Positions 1 through 8,039 of a stretch of 54,594 nucleotides of DNA are shown here, piece after piece. This stretch comes from Candidatus Taylorbacteria bacterium RIFCSPHIGHO2_02_FULL_43_32b (GTDB lineage: Bacteria > Patescibacteriota > Minisyncoccia > Phycocordibacterales > 2-02-FULL-43-11), in contig MHRK01000019.1 in assembly GCA_001820955.1 (NCBI GenBank), positions 1 through 54,594 of the forward strand, given 5' to 3'. Each line of letters begins with the position of its first letter. Position 1 is the stretch's first letter. The notes under the pieces are model-generated. The model did not search any database, was not told where the DNA came from, and saw only the letters and a program-made list of their open reading frames with translations. A program made the translations under genes and the position numbers.

Positions 1-83
1 CTCCGATACAGACGATAGCCTCACTTTCGTGGGGATATCGTACCTGTCGAAGATTATCGGGGAACAGGTCTATTATGGAACAC

Positions 84-110
84 AAAAAACCGGTTCTAAT
101 CCGGTTTTTT
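84..110. terminator. Bidirectional rho-independent terminator-like hairpin
   Basis: A-run 84-89, stem ACCGG (89-93) / CCGGT (101-105), 7-nt loop, T-run to 110. Confidence 0.45.
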
Positions 111-113
111 AAA

Positions 114-156
114 TTTTTACTGGGAGCGGCCAGAACGCCCTGCGCTCCGCGTATGG
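114..156. repeat. GC-rich dispersed repeat, 5' module only (copy a)
   Basis: TTTTTACTGGGAGCGGCCAGAACGCC... matches the 5' end TTTTATTGGGAGCGGCCAGAGGAC at 35626-35650 and related starts at 34391 and 46514. Contains GGAGCG/CGCTCC inverted repeat. Confidence 0.6.
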
Positions 157-254
157 TTCTTTACTTATATATATGTTTTTCTGAAAAAATTACCGGCCAC
201 ACTCTTTGTTTGGGCCGTTTCAATTTTCTAGAGCCTAGGGCATAAAGCCTTATC

Positions 255-1271
255 CTAAAAAGGATTTTTCGCTCCTCTTATTTCAAAATGCAAGTGAGGA
301 CCGGTTGATTTTCCGGTTGATCCAACCTGACCAATCTGCGCCCCCCGCACAACATGATCGCCGACAGAAACATCAACTTCGCTCAGGTGAGAATACAAAG
401 TTTGTGTGCCGTTTGGATGAGCGATAACAACATATTTTCCGTACCCGCCGTTCCAACCACTCTTAGCGCTTACAATAACATCGCCCTCAGCTGATGCAAA
501 AACGGGAGCGCCTAAATACGTGGCCAAATCAACGCCGTTATAACCGTGCAAAGCCTGAGTTTTTCTTCCATTTAAAATAGGACGTAAATAGTAGCCGTCA
601 TAAGCAGGTCCGCCGCCTCCCCTCAAGGGATTACTGGTTCCGGAAGCCACATATTTGGTAACAGGCGAAGCAACCTCACCATCGGGCACAATTATAATGT
701 CGCCCGGTTTCAAAGTTGAGGTAGTCGCTATTGAATTGTAACGAGCAACTTCTCCGGCGTCTGCTTTGTATTTTTTGGCGATTGATGAAACAGTGTCTCC
801 TTTGACCACAGTGTGCCTTACCCCCGATATAGGCAAAATGACTAACACTTGTCCCTCGCGAATAACAGAACCGCTTAAATCATTTGCCCAAAGCACAGTT
901 TGCGAAGTAACTTCAAACATCTTGGCGATTGACGAGACAGTGTCTCCTTTCCTTACGACGTACACACTGATGCTTTCACTGTGGTTACCCTCGGCAATAT
1001 CAGCCATGGTTCCGACAGGACCGCTCTCGGGCAGAAGAGCAGTTCCGACTATAGTTATATCACCCCCTCCTTTCGCGCCATCAAATTCTACACCTCGCGT
1101 CGCCTGAAGAATTGCCACGTTCTGCGAATTAACGCTTGATGTTTCTGCCGAGACAGACTTAGGCGAAAAGACCTCGGTTAATTCCGCCCAAAAAGAAAAG
1201 ATCCCGGCAAAGGCGACGGAAGGCAAAGATGCTACCGTTAAAACCAAAACCACCATCTTAAGATGGGACAA
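255..1271 (-). CDS. Secreted LysM-LysM-M23 peptidoglycan metalloendopeptidase
   Basis: N-terminal signal peptide; two LysM-like repeats (GDTVSSIAK... twice); M23 motifs GYGKYVVIAHPNG..LYSHL and C-terminal HLHFE. Confidence 0.9.
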   Translation of the reverse strand: MSHLKMVVLVLTVASLPSVAFAGIFSFWAELTEVFSPKSVSAETSSVNSQNVAILQATRGVEFDGAKGGGDITIVGTALLPESGPVGTMADIAEGNHSESISVYVVRKGDTVSSIAKMFEVTSQTVLWANDLSGSVIREGQVLVILPISGVRHTVVKGDTVSSIAKKYKADAGEVARYNSIATTSTLKPGDIIIVPDGEVASPVTKYVASGTSNPLRGGGGPAYDGYYLRPILNGRKTQALHGYNGVDLATYLGAPVFASAEGDVIVSAKSGWNGGYGKYVVIAHPNGTQTLYSHLSEVDVSVGDHVVRGAQIGQVGSTGKSTGPHLHFEIRGAKNPF

Positions 1272-1698
1272 CCGATTTTTTTTATTTATCTGACCCAGTG
1301 AAGAATTGATGAAAGAGTCAGTATTTGTGGGTTTTGTAAATATAGGCCGAATCTAAACTCATAATCAACATTCCAGAAAATGGCTTAATGAAGCCATATA
1401 CACTCATTCTGAGCTCCTACCGACATGTTTAAGTATACCCAGATCGCCTCGCTCGTCAATCAATATGTGCGCACCCTGTGGATACCAAAATTACGACACG
1501 GCCATTTACGATTGGGAAATAATGTATTGTTATCTTATGGCCAAATTAGAATTATGCCGCAAAAAAAAGAAACGGGCACAAACCTGTCTGCCGAAAATGA
1601 CCGCCTTCAAACTAAAACCGCAGGTTTTCCATTTTTGAACTTATCGGTAAACATGGAAATTAGGTTAATCGAAAGTTTTTCGTTATATTATTGCATTC

Positions 1699-4600
1699 AT
1701 GTCCAATTATTTAGACTCATTAAATCCAGCCCAAAGGGAAGCGGCGCTTCATACAGAAGGGCCCGTCTTAATTATCGCCGGCGCAGGGGCGGGGAAAACC
1801 AAAACGGTCACTCACAGAATCATTCACCTCATAAAAAACGGTGCTAATCCAGGCTCTATTCTGGCCATAACCTTTACTAACAAGGCCGCAAGGGAAATGA
1901 GAGAGCGTGTAATATCAATGCTGAGGGAAGATAAGGAGCTTAACAGACCAATTTCTATCAGTCTTTACGGTGAAAACTCACCGTTTCTTGGCACTTTCCA
2001 TTCTCTTGGGGTCAAGATACTGAGAGAAAATTTCAAAAGTGCCGGTATTTCGGCCTCTTTTGCCATTTTCGATAGGGGAGATTGTGTAAGATCAATCAAA
2101 GACGCCATGAAAAGACGCGGTATTGACCCAAAAAGTTTCGAACCGGGAAAAATCCTTAGCGCCATAAGCAGAGAGAAGGGCAATATGTTAACCGCCGAAG
2201 AATTCGCAAAAGGAGTCGAACGTTCGTACTTCAGACAACTTGTCGCTTCGATCTGGATCGAATACGAAAAAATACTCAAAGAAGAAAATGCTCTTGATTT
2301 CGATGACTTACTTCTCCGCCCCACACTGCTTCTCAAAAAAAATGAGGAAGTTCGAAACGCCTATCAGGAAAAATGGAAATATATTCACGTGGACGAATAC
2401 CAAGATACAAACGCCGTTCAATACCAACTCGTTAAATTGATATCTCTAAAACACCGAAATGTTTGCGTCGTCGGTGATATCGACCAGTGCGTTCCTCCGG
2501 AGACTCGAGTTATGACTCCGAAATCTGAGGTGCCGATAAAAAACGTTAGACCTGGAGACATCATACTGAGTGCGTCGGGGCAAGGAACCACATGTCCATC
2601 GGTCGTGACAAGAGTAATCAAAAGAAAATTTCGCGGAAAACTGGTAAAAATAATCACTGAAAACGGTCACACAATAAAGACTACTGACAAACATATAATG
2701 TTCGCTAAATTACCAGATTTGGCAGAAAATTTTTTTGTATATCTTATGTACCGCAGAGATAAAGGTTTTCGCATAGGAATTGCAAAGACCACTAGAAAAA
2801 ACGGGGTAGGAATAGATGTTTGCGGTCTGTCGGTTCGTAGCAATCAAGAAAAAGCCGATAAAATGTGGATTTTGAAAATCTGCTCTACAAAAAAACAAGC
2901 AATATTTTGGGAAAATTACTATTCAGCCGAGTATGGTCTGCCCACCGTCGTTTTTCATTCAGTCGGGAGGAATATTATTCTTGATCAAAACGACATTAAT
3001 AATCTTTTTATGACCATCTCGACATCGGAAAGAGCAAAGAAGCTTTTCCGAGAAACAGGGCTGTCCGTCGATTTTCCACACTACATTCCACAAGGCACAA
3101 CAAAAACTAACACGGAAAGAGAACGTCTAAATGTCCGCCTGTGTATGTTCAGCGACAAAAGAAAAAGTATTCTTCATCCTTGGGGTTTAAGCAGAGCATC
3201 GATCAACACAACATCTCTCTCGCTTAATAAGAGTCTCCGACTGGCAAACATGCCAACACGAAAAGGAAAAAGGAACGATTGGCGATTGGAAGTAGCGCGG
3301 CTCGATTACGCTGACGCTGAAAAGTTGGCCATGAAAATATTAGATCTCCAACCAAATTTAACGATTGTTCGCACTGCTCATCTTACAAAAGAGAGTGCGA
3401 TGATGCTTCAGCCCGCCACAAATTTATTTCCCGGCATGAAATTGGCAACACTTAGAAACGGTAAAATTCTTGAAGAAACCATAAAAAGCGTCGACAGAGA
3501 AACATTCAACGGTTTTGTTTACGATCTTGACGTGGAAAATGTACACAACTATATTGCCAACAAAATTGCTGTTCATAATTCGATTTACAGCTGGAGAGGT
3601 GCGGATATAAAAAATATTTTGGATTTTGAAAAAGATTATCCTGAAGCAAAAGTGGTGCTCCTCGAACAAAATTACCGCTCCACTCAAACCATTCTCACCG
3701 TGGCGAACAGAATCATTGCTAAAAATAAAATGCGCCGCGAGAAAAATCTGTTTACGAAAAATACCGAGGGAGAGAGAATAGGGCTATACACAAGTTACGA
3801 CGAGGCAGACGAGGGAGAATTCGTCGCTTCGAAAACCAAAGAGTTAATCGATGCCGGGGTGAAGCCGTCAGAAATCGCGGTCTTGTATCGAGCCAACTTC
3901 CAAAGCCGAGTGCTCGAAGAATCTTTCATGAACAAAAATTTACCCTACCAAGTTTTGGGCACAAAGTTTTTTGAACGAAAAGAAATAAAAGATGCAATTT
4001 CCTATGTGAGGTCCGCCATAAATCCGGAGGGTTTCGCAGACTGGCAAAGGATCATCGCCGCGCCCCCTCGAGGAATCGGCAAAGTCACTTTGGCGAAAGT
4101 AGTTTCCGGGCAGGGAGGAACTTTGCCCCCCGCGGCAAAAGCTAAGATACAAGAGCTTCGAAACTTACTCGCCGAAATAAAAAATAAAATTTCAACCGGT
4201 AAACTGTCGGAAACTGTCAAATTTACCGTTACAAATTCAGGTTTATTGGACTATTTGAAAAGTGACGGATTGGAGGGAGAAGAGAGAGTTGAAAACTTAA
4301 AAGAACTGATTACTTTTTCCTCTCGTTACGATACTGAGGAAGGAGAAAAAGCTGTCGAGCATTTTTTGACTGACGTTGCGCTCGCAAGCGACCAAGACGA
4401 AATGGAGGAAAAAAGGGAAGCGGTGCGACTCATGACTGTTCACGCCTCAAAAGGTCTTGAGTTTGATGTTGTTTTTATCACCGGCCTCGAGGAAGATCTT
4501 TTCCCACACAAAAAGATGAGCGAAAATGAAGTTACGGACAGCGAAGCGGAAGAAGAAAGACGGTTGTTCTATGTGGCATTAACCAGGGCACGAAAAAAAG

Positions 4601-4746
4601 TATATCTTTCATACGCAAGCGTCAGAACAATCTTCGGTTCCAAACAAGTCAACGTTCCTTCTGAATTTATTTTTGATATCGACGAAGAATATATCGCCAA
4701 TGAGGAAAGGTTATCAGGGGGCGGCAGAATAATATATCTAGACTGA
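1699..4746 (+). CDS. uvrD: UvrD/PcrA-family SF1 DNA helicase, interrupted by an in-frame intein
   Basis: Walker A AGAGAGKTKT; DEYQDTN; motif III split as VVGDIDQ / SIYSWRGA; C-terminal VHASKGLEFD and YVALTRA motifs. Confidence 0.92.
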   Translation: MSNYLDSLNPAQREAALHTEGPVLIIAGAGAGKTKTVTHRIIHLIKNGANPGSILAITFTNKAAREMRERVISMLREDKELNRPISISLYGENSPFLGTFHSLGVKILRENFKSAGISASFAIFDRGDCVRSIKDAMKRRGIDPKSFEPGKILSAISREKGNMLTAEEFAKGVERSYFRQLVASIWIEYEKILKEENALDFDDLLLRPTLLLKKNEEVRNAYQEKWKYIHVDEYQDTNAVQYQLVKLISLKHRNVCVVGDIDQCVPPETRVMTPKSEVPIKNVRPGDIILSASGQGTTCPSVVTRVIKRKFRGKLVKIITENGHTIKTTDKHIMFAKLPDLAENFFVYLMYRRDKGFRIGIAKTTRKNGVGIDVCGLSVRSNQEKADKMWILKICSTKKQAIFWENYYSAEYGLPTVVFHSVGRNIILDQNDINNLFMTISTSERAKKLFRETGLSVDFPHYIPQGTTKTNTERERLNVRLCMFSDKRKSILHPWGLSRASINTTSLSLNKSLRLANMPTRKGKRNDWRLEVARLDYADAEKLAMKILDLQPNLTIVRTAHLTKESAMMLQPATNLFPGMKLATLRNGKILEETIKSVDRETFNGFVYDLDVENVHNYIANKIAVHNSIYSWRGADIKNILDFEKDYPEAKVVLLEQNYRSTQTILTVANRIIAKNKMRREKNLFTKNTEGERIGLYTSYDEADEGEFVASKTKELIDAGVKPSEIAVLYRANFQSRVLEESFMNKNLPYQVLGTKFFERKEIKDAISYVRSAINPEGFADWQRIIAAPPRGIGKVTLAKVVSGQGGTLPPAAKAKIQELRNLLAEIKNKISTGKLSETVKFTVTNSGLLDYLKSDGLEGEERVENLKELITFSSRYDTEEGEKAVEHFLTDVALASDQDEMEEKREAVRLMTVHASKGLEFDVVFITGLEEDLFPHKKMSENEVTDSEAEEERRLFYVALTRARKKVYLSYASVRTIFGSKQVNVPSEFIFDIDEEYIANEERLSGGGRIIYLD
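2488..3579 (+). mobile_element. Intein (364 aa) inserted in helicase motif III
   Basis: Starts with Cys right after VVGDIDQ; block B TTDKH; ends ...IAVHN followed by +1 Ser (SIYSWRGADI). Removal restores VVGDIDQSIYSWRGA. Confidence 0.85.
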
Positions 4747-4749
4747 TAT

Positions 4750-4797
4750 GCAAGTGCGAATCAACGAATGGATACGAATGTTGCGAATAAACTTAAC
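4750..4797. repeat. Solo CGAAT-type cassette arm in the uvrD-rsmA junction
   Basis: GCAAGTGCGAATCAACGAATGGATACGAATGTTGCGAATAAACTTAAC closely matches the left arm at 14962-15008 and, in inverse orientation, 15501-15558 and 37610-37643. Confidence 0.65.
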
Positions 4798-4808
4798 CAA
4801 TTTAAACG

Positions 4809-5609
4809 ATGGCAAAATTTATTAAAAAAAAATCACTGGGACAAAATTTTTTGCGCGACAAAAACGCTCTGCGAAAAATTGTTGACGCGGCCGAAATCAC
4901 TGAAAATGAAACAGTGCTGGAAATCGGACCAGGCGAAGGAAACTTGACCGAAGAACTTTTGGCGAGAGGGGCGCGTGTAATCGCAGTGGAAAAAGACGAC
5001 CGATTAATTTCAGTCCTTCAGGAAAAATTCGCCTCTCAAATGTCTTCCGGAAAATTTACTCTCGTCCACGCCGATATTTTATTTTTCCACCCTAATGCCT
5101 ACGGCCTAGAGCCTAGAGCCTATTTTGTTATCGCCAACATCCCCTATTACATAACCGGTGAGATAATCCGCAAAGCTCTTTCCGAATGGCCACAGCCCAA
5201 AAAAGCGGTTTTGCTGGTGCAAAAAGAAGTAGCTGAGAGAATTTGCTCGAAGGACGGTAAAGAAAGCATCCTGTCAATTAGCGTAAAGGCTTACGGCAAC
5301 CCCAAAATTGCCGGTATAGTAAAAGCGGGGGCATTTAGCCCTTCGCCAAAGGTAGATTCTGCAATTCTCCTAATATCGAACATTTCAAAAAATTCCTTCG
5401 AAAACGTTGATGAGCAAAGGTTTTTTGAGATAGTTAAGACTGGTTTTGCACACAAAAGAAAAATCGTCTCTGCCAATTTACGGCCTATCTTTGGTGAAAA
5501 CACCGAAAAAATTCTCACCGAATGCGAAATCGACCCCCAAAGCCGGGCCGAGACACTTTCCCTTGCCAAATGGCTCTCCTTGGCCGCGAAACCAAGAAAT
5601 ACTATCTAG
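4809..5609 (+). CDS. rsmA: 16S rRNA dimethyladenosine transferase
   Basis: LGQNFL motif, SAM-binding EIGPGEGNLT, NIPYY motif, typical length 266 aa. Confidence 0.92.
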   Translation: MAKFIKKKSLGQNFLRDKNALRKIVDAAEITENETVLEIGPGEGNLTEELLARGARVIAVEKDDRLISVLQEKFASQMSSGKFTLVHADILFFHPNAYGLEPRAYFVIANIPYYITGEIIRKALSEWPQPKKAVLLVQKEVAERICSKDGKESILSISVKAYGNPKIAGIVKAGAFSPSPKVDSAILLISNISKNSFENVDEQRFFEIVKTGFAHKRKIVSANLRPIFGENTEKILTECEIDPQSRAETLSLAKWLSLAAKPRNTI

Positions 5610-5788
5610 AACCCAAAAAAGCCGTGGTCGCCCCCCAGGCGGGCAAGGGGACACAGGTTATTCCCGCATACATTTCACATTCCTGAACCCCGGGCGTATA
5701 ACAACCAAGCCAATTAAAGGCAAACTTGTCAACGACTTCGAGAAACAACCGACCAGCTCAATTGAAAATACAAAAAAGACTACAAAAA

Positions 5789-6157
5789 CTAGTGGCTAGA
5801 CCCATGGAATAGAATCAGCATTCCTCCGCCTATAATCACAGGGCAAGGTGCGGGAGAAGGAGGACAGGGAACTAGAATAATGCAAGGCATCCAAGCGGTC
5901 GACATGCCGAGCAATTGTTGCCCCCAATGACTTGGGGGGCCATACGAATATGACAATGCCCCCATGTACATAAGTGACGAGAAAGTAGGCGGTCCAAGAA
6001 TTATCCAGGTGGCAGGCGGCACTTCGCAAGCGGGGAAATACCAGGTAATCGGACCTCCAAATGGAAATTGAGCCACAGCAAACCCGGGAAAAAGAGAAAA
6101 TGCCGCAATCATAAAAATCACCGTCAATAAACCAAATCTTTTCCAAAGTAAATCCAC
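5789..6157 (-). CDS. Small secreted Cys/Pro/Gly-rich hypothetical protein
   Basis: Signal peptide ending FAVAQ; FGGPI...PAC...LGPP...GSS pattern with spaced cysteines; divergent from the T4SS-like operon. Confidence 0.5.
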   Translation of the reverse strand: MDLLWKRFGLLTVIFMIAAFSLFPGFAVAQFPFGGPITWYFPACEVPPATWIILGPPTFSSLMYMGALSYSYGPPSHWGQQLLGMSTAWMPCIILVPCPPSPAPCPVIIGGGMLILFHGSSH

Positions 6158-6205
6158 AGCGTGATTATATCAAACGAAACGAATGTCTTATAATAAGATG
6201 TGCAT

Positions 6206-6976
6206 ATGAAATTACTTCAAAAGAAAAAAGCCGCGCTTTTTTTGCTTGTGATAATGGTCCTAATTTCTTCTATTTATATTTTTGCTTTAAGAGACAGAAG
6301 GCCAACAAGCGTCACCCTTACACCAACCTCACCGAATGATATTCCGGAACAGAAAAACATAGATTCGGACGGAGACGGTTTCGAAGATTGGGAAGAGGAA
6401 CTGAGAGGAACCGACCCGACAGTAAAGGACCCCCTGTCACAAATAAGTGGAAAAAGTCTTGTTAAAGATCGGGCGAACACGCCCCCAATCAATGCCCTAG
6501 CGCCAATCAATGACAGCGCCGAAGTCGTACCAAACACTAGGGGGGGTGATGCGCAAAACCCCTTACGAGTTATGGGAAATTCGGCAGCAACCATATTAAA
6601 AAATTTTGACTCTGTAGAGGAGGCCCGTCTTTTGAACCAATCTATTGAAACGTTGACACCGGAAATTTGGCAGGGATTAAAAAATATGGCCACGAAAAGA
6701 GCGGAAGTCGCCTCAAAACTAATCGACCTAAATACTAATTACAATGTCTCGGAACTCAAAAATTTCGCAGTAGCTCTGGACTCTCTCGCTGAAGCTATTA
6801 TTAAACTGATTGGAGACGGGAATAATTCAGATAAAATACCAGTCGAACGGTTTCAGGAATATGCACCGTACGCAATGAACTTCTCTGAAGCGTTTTTAAG
6901 TCTCTGTAAGAAATTTAAAAGCAGTAATGTAGTTTTTTCAGCGATAGAGCCAGGCGCAATATTTAATTTGCCATAA
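6206..6976 (+). CDS. Membrane-anchored protein with thrombospondin-type-3-like Ca-binding repeat
   Basis: N-terminal TM helix; DSDGDGFEDWEEELRGTDP acidic loop; ATG at 6206 (track start 6200 is GTG). Confidence 0.6.
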   Translation: MKLLQKKKAALFLLVIMVLISSIYIFALRDRRPTSVTLTPTSPNDIPEQKNIDSDGDGFEDWEEELRGTDPTVKDPLSQISGKSLVKDRANTPPINALAPINDSAEVVPNTRGGDAQNPLRVMGNSAATILKNFDSVEEARLLNQSIETLTPEIWQGLKNMATKRAEVASKLIDLNTNYNVSELKNFAVALDSLAEAIIKLIGDGNNSDKIPVERFQEYAPYAMNFSEAFLSLCKKFKSSNVVFSAIEPGAIFNLP

Positions 6977-7030
6977 TATTCCACAGCAATTGTCTTGGGT
7001 GTTTCAACCGATTGGGGATATAATAATCGT

Positions 7031-7981
7031 ATGTCGAAAAAAATTATCTTAGCGACCGTTGTTTGCCTGCTAATCGTCAGCACAGCTCTTTACCTTACCA
7101 GGATTAACAACCGCCAATCCTCTGATAACCAAGTGACAATAAAAGATGAGCGAAACCCCATACTGTTCTTGGATAATGATAAAGACGGCCTCAAAGATTG
7201 GGAGGAAGGGCTGTGGAAGACAAACCCAGAAATTGCTGACACTGATGACGATGGCACTTCAGATTTTGATGAAATTCGCGCCGGAAGAAATCCCCTCATA
7301 AAAGGACCGGACGACAAATTGGCTTCAATTACTATTTCTTCAAAAATAAATCCGCAAATCGAAGCCGATTTATCCGAAACCGATAAGTTTTCGAGAGAGT
7401 GGTTTGCCAAATACATAGCGGCCAAACAAGCAGGCGACCCGATAAACGTAGATCAGTCTGACTTTCTTATCCAGTCAGCCCTAAACGCCGAATCGGGAAC
7501 TGTGGACATCTTTAGCGAAGCAGATTTTCAGATTACTGGAGACGATGAACAATCCTTCAGAAAGTACGGGAACACCTTGGGTGCAATTTTTAATGACAAA
7601 AATGCCCAATACCCAGAGGGCGAAATGATGATTTTGGACAATTACCAAGCAACAGACGACCCATCCAAACTCGCTGACTTATCAAAATCCAAACTACGAT
7701 ATCAGGGGATAAAAGAGGAAATGGCCAAAATGGCTGTACCAAAGAGCCTTGTCGCCGATCACACAGTGATGATTAACATGATGTCCATAGTTGAGGTTGT
7801 TGTAGACAACATGCGATACATTGATTCAGATCCTTTGCGCGCTCTTGGTTGGGTATCAATATATCCTGACGCGGTAGATCTTTTTATAAATTCTCTTCGA
7901 AAGGTCAGTGCTCAATTTTCAAGCCGAGGAATTATTTTCAAGAAAGGAGAAAGTGGTTTGTTGATTTCAGGTGGTGTATAA
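7031..7981 (+). CDS. Paralog of the preceding protein (TM anchor plus two TSP3-like repeats)
   Basis: MSKKIILATVVCLLIV TM; DNDKDGLKDWEEGLWKTNP and DTDDDGTSDFDEIRAGRNP; ATG at 7031 inside track ORF 6995-7981. Confidence 0.6.
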   Translation: MSKKIILATVVCLLIVSTALYLTRINNRQSSDNQVTIKDERNPILFLDNDKDGLKDWEEGLWKTNPEIADTDDDGTSDFDEIRAGRNPLIKGPDDKLASITISSKINPQIEADLSETDKFSREWFAKYIAAKQAGDPINVDQSDFLIQSALNAESGTVDIFSEADFQITGDDEQSFRKYGNTLGAIFNDKNAQYPEGEMMILDNYQATDDPSKLADLSKSKLRYQGIKEEMAKMAVPKSLVADHTVMINMMSIVEVVVDNMRYIDSDPLRALGWVSIYPDAVDLFINSLRKVSAQFSSRGIIFKKGESGLLISGGV

Positions 7982-8039
7982 TTTGCCAAGCTTTTAATCT
8001 AAACTTCATATTATCTTATATGCCTAATTTGATTCATTA

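Noticed and set aside
766-1107. Plus-strand 113 aa ORF inside the LysM/M23 gene, and many similar antisense or off-frame ORFs in the track (for example 1965-2336, 6274-6693, 8826-9254, 19531-19878, 28161-28475, 31873-32427, 41251-42706, 52279-52966)
   Set aside because: They lie entirely within, and opposite or out of frame to, genes with strong family signatures. They have no motifs of their own. They are typical shadow ORFs.
1425-1847. 140 aa ORF overlapping the uvrD start
   Set aside because: It runs into the well-supported uvrD frame, has low-complexity basic content, and has no family resemblance. The region is more likely promoter and leader.
5796-6146. Alternative minus-strand frame (116 aa) overlapping 5789-6157
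   Set aside because: It lacks a signal peptide or any pattern. The 122 aa frame has a clear signal peptide and a cysteine pattern.
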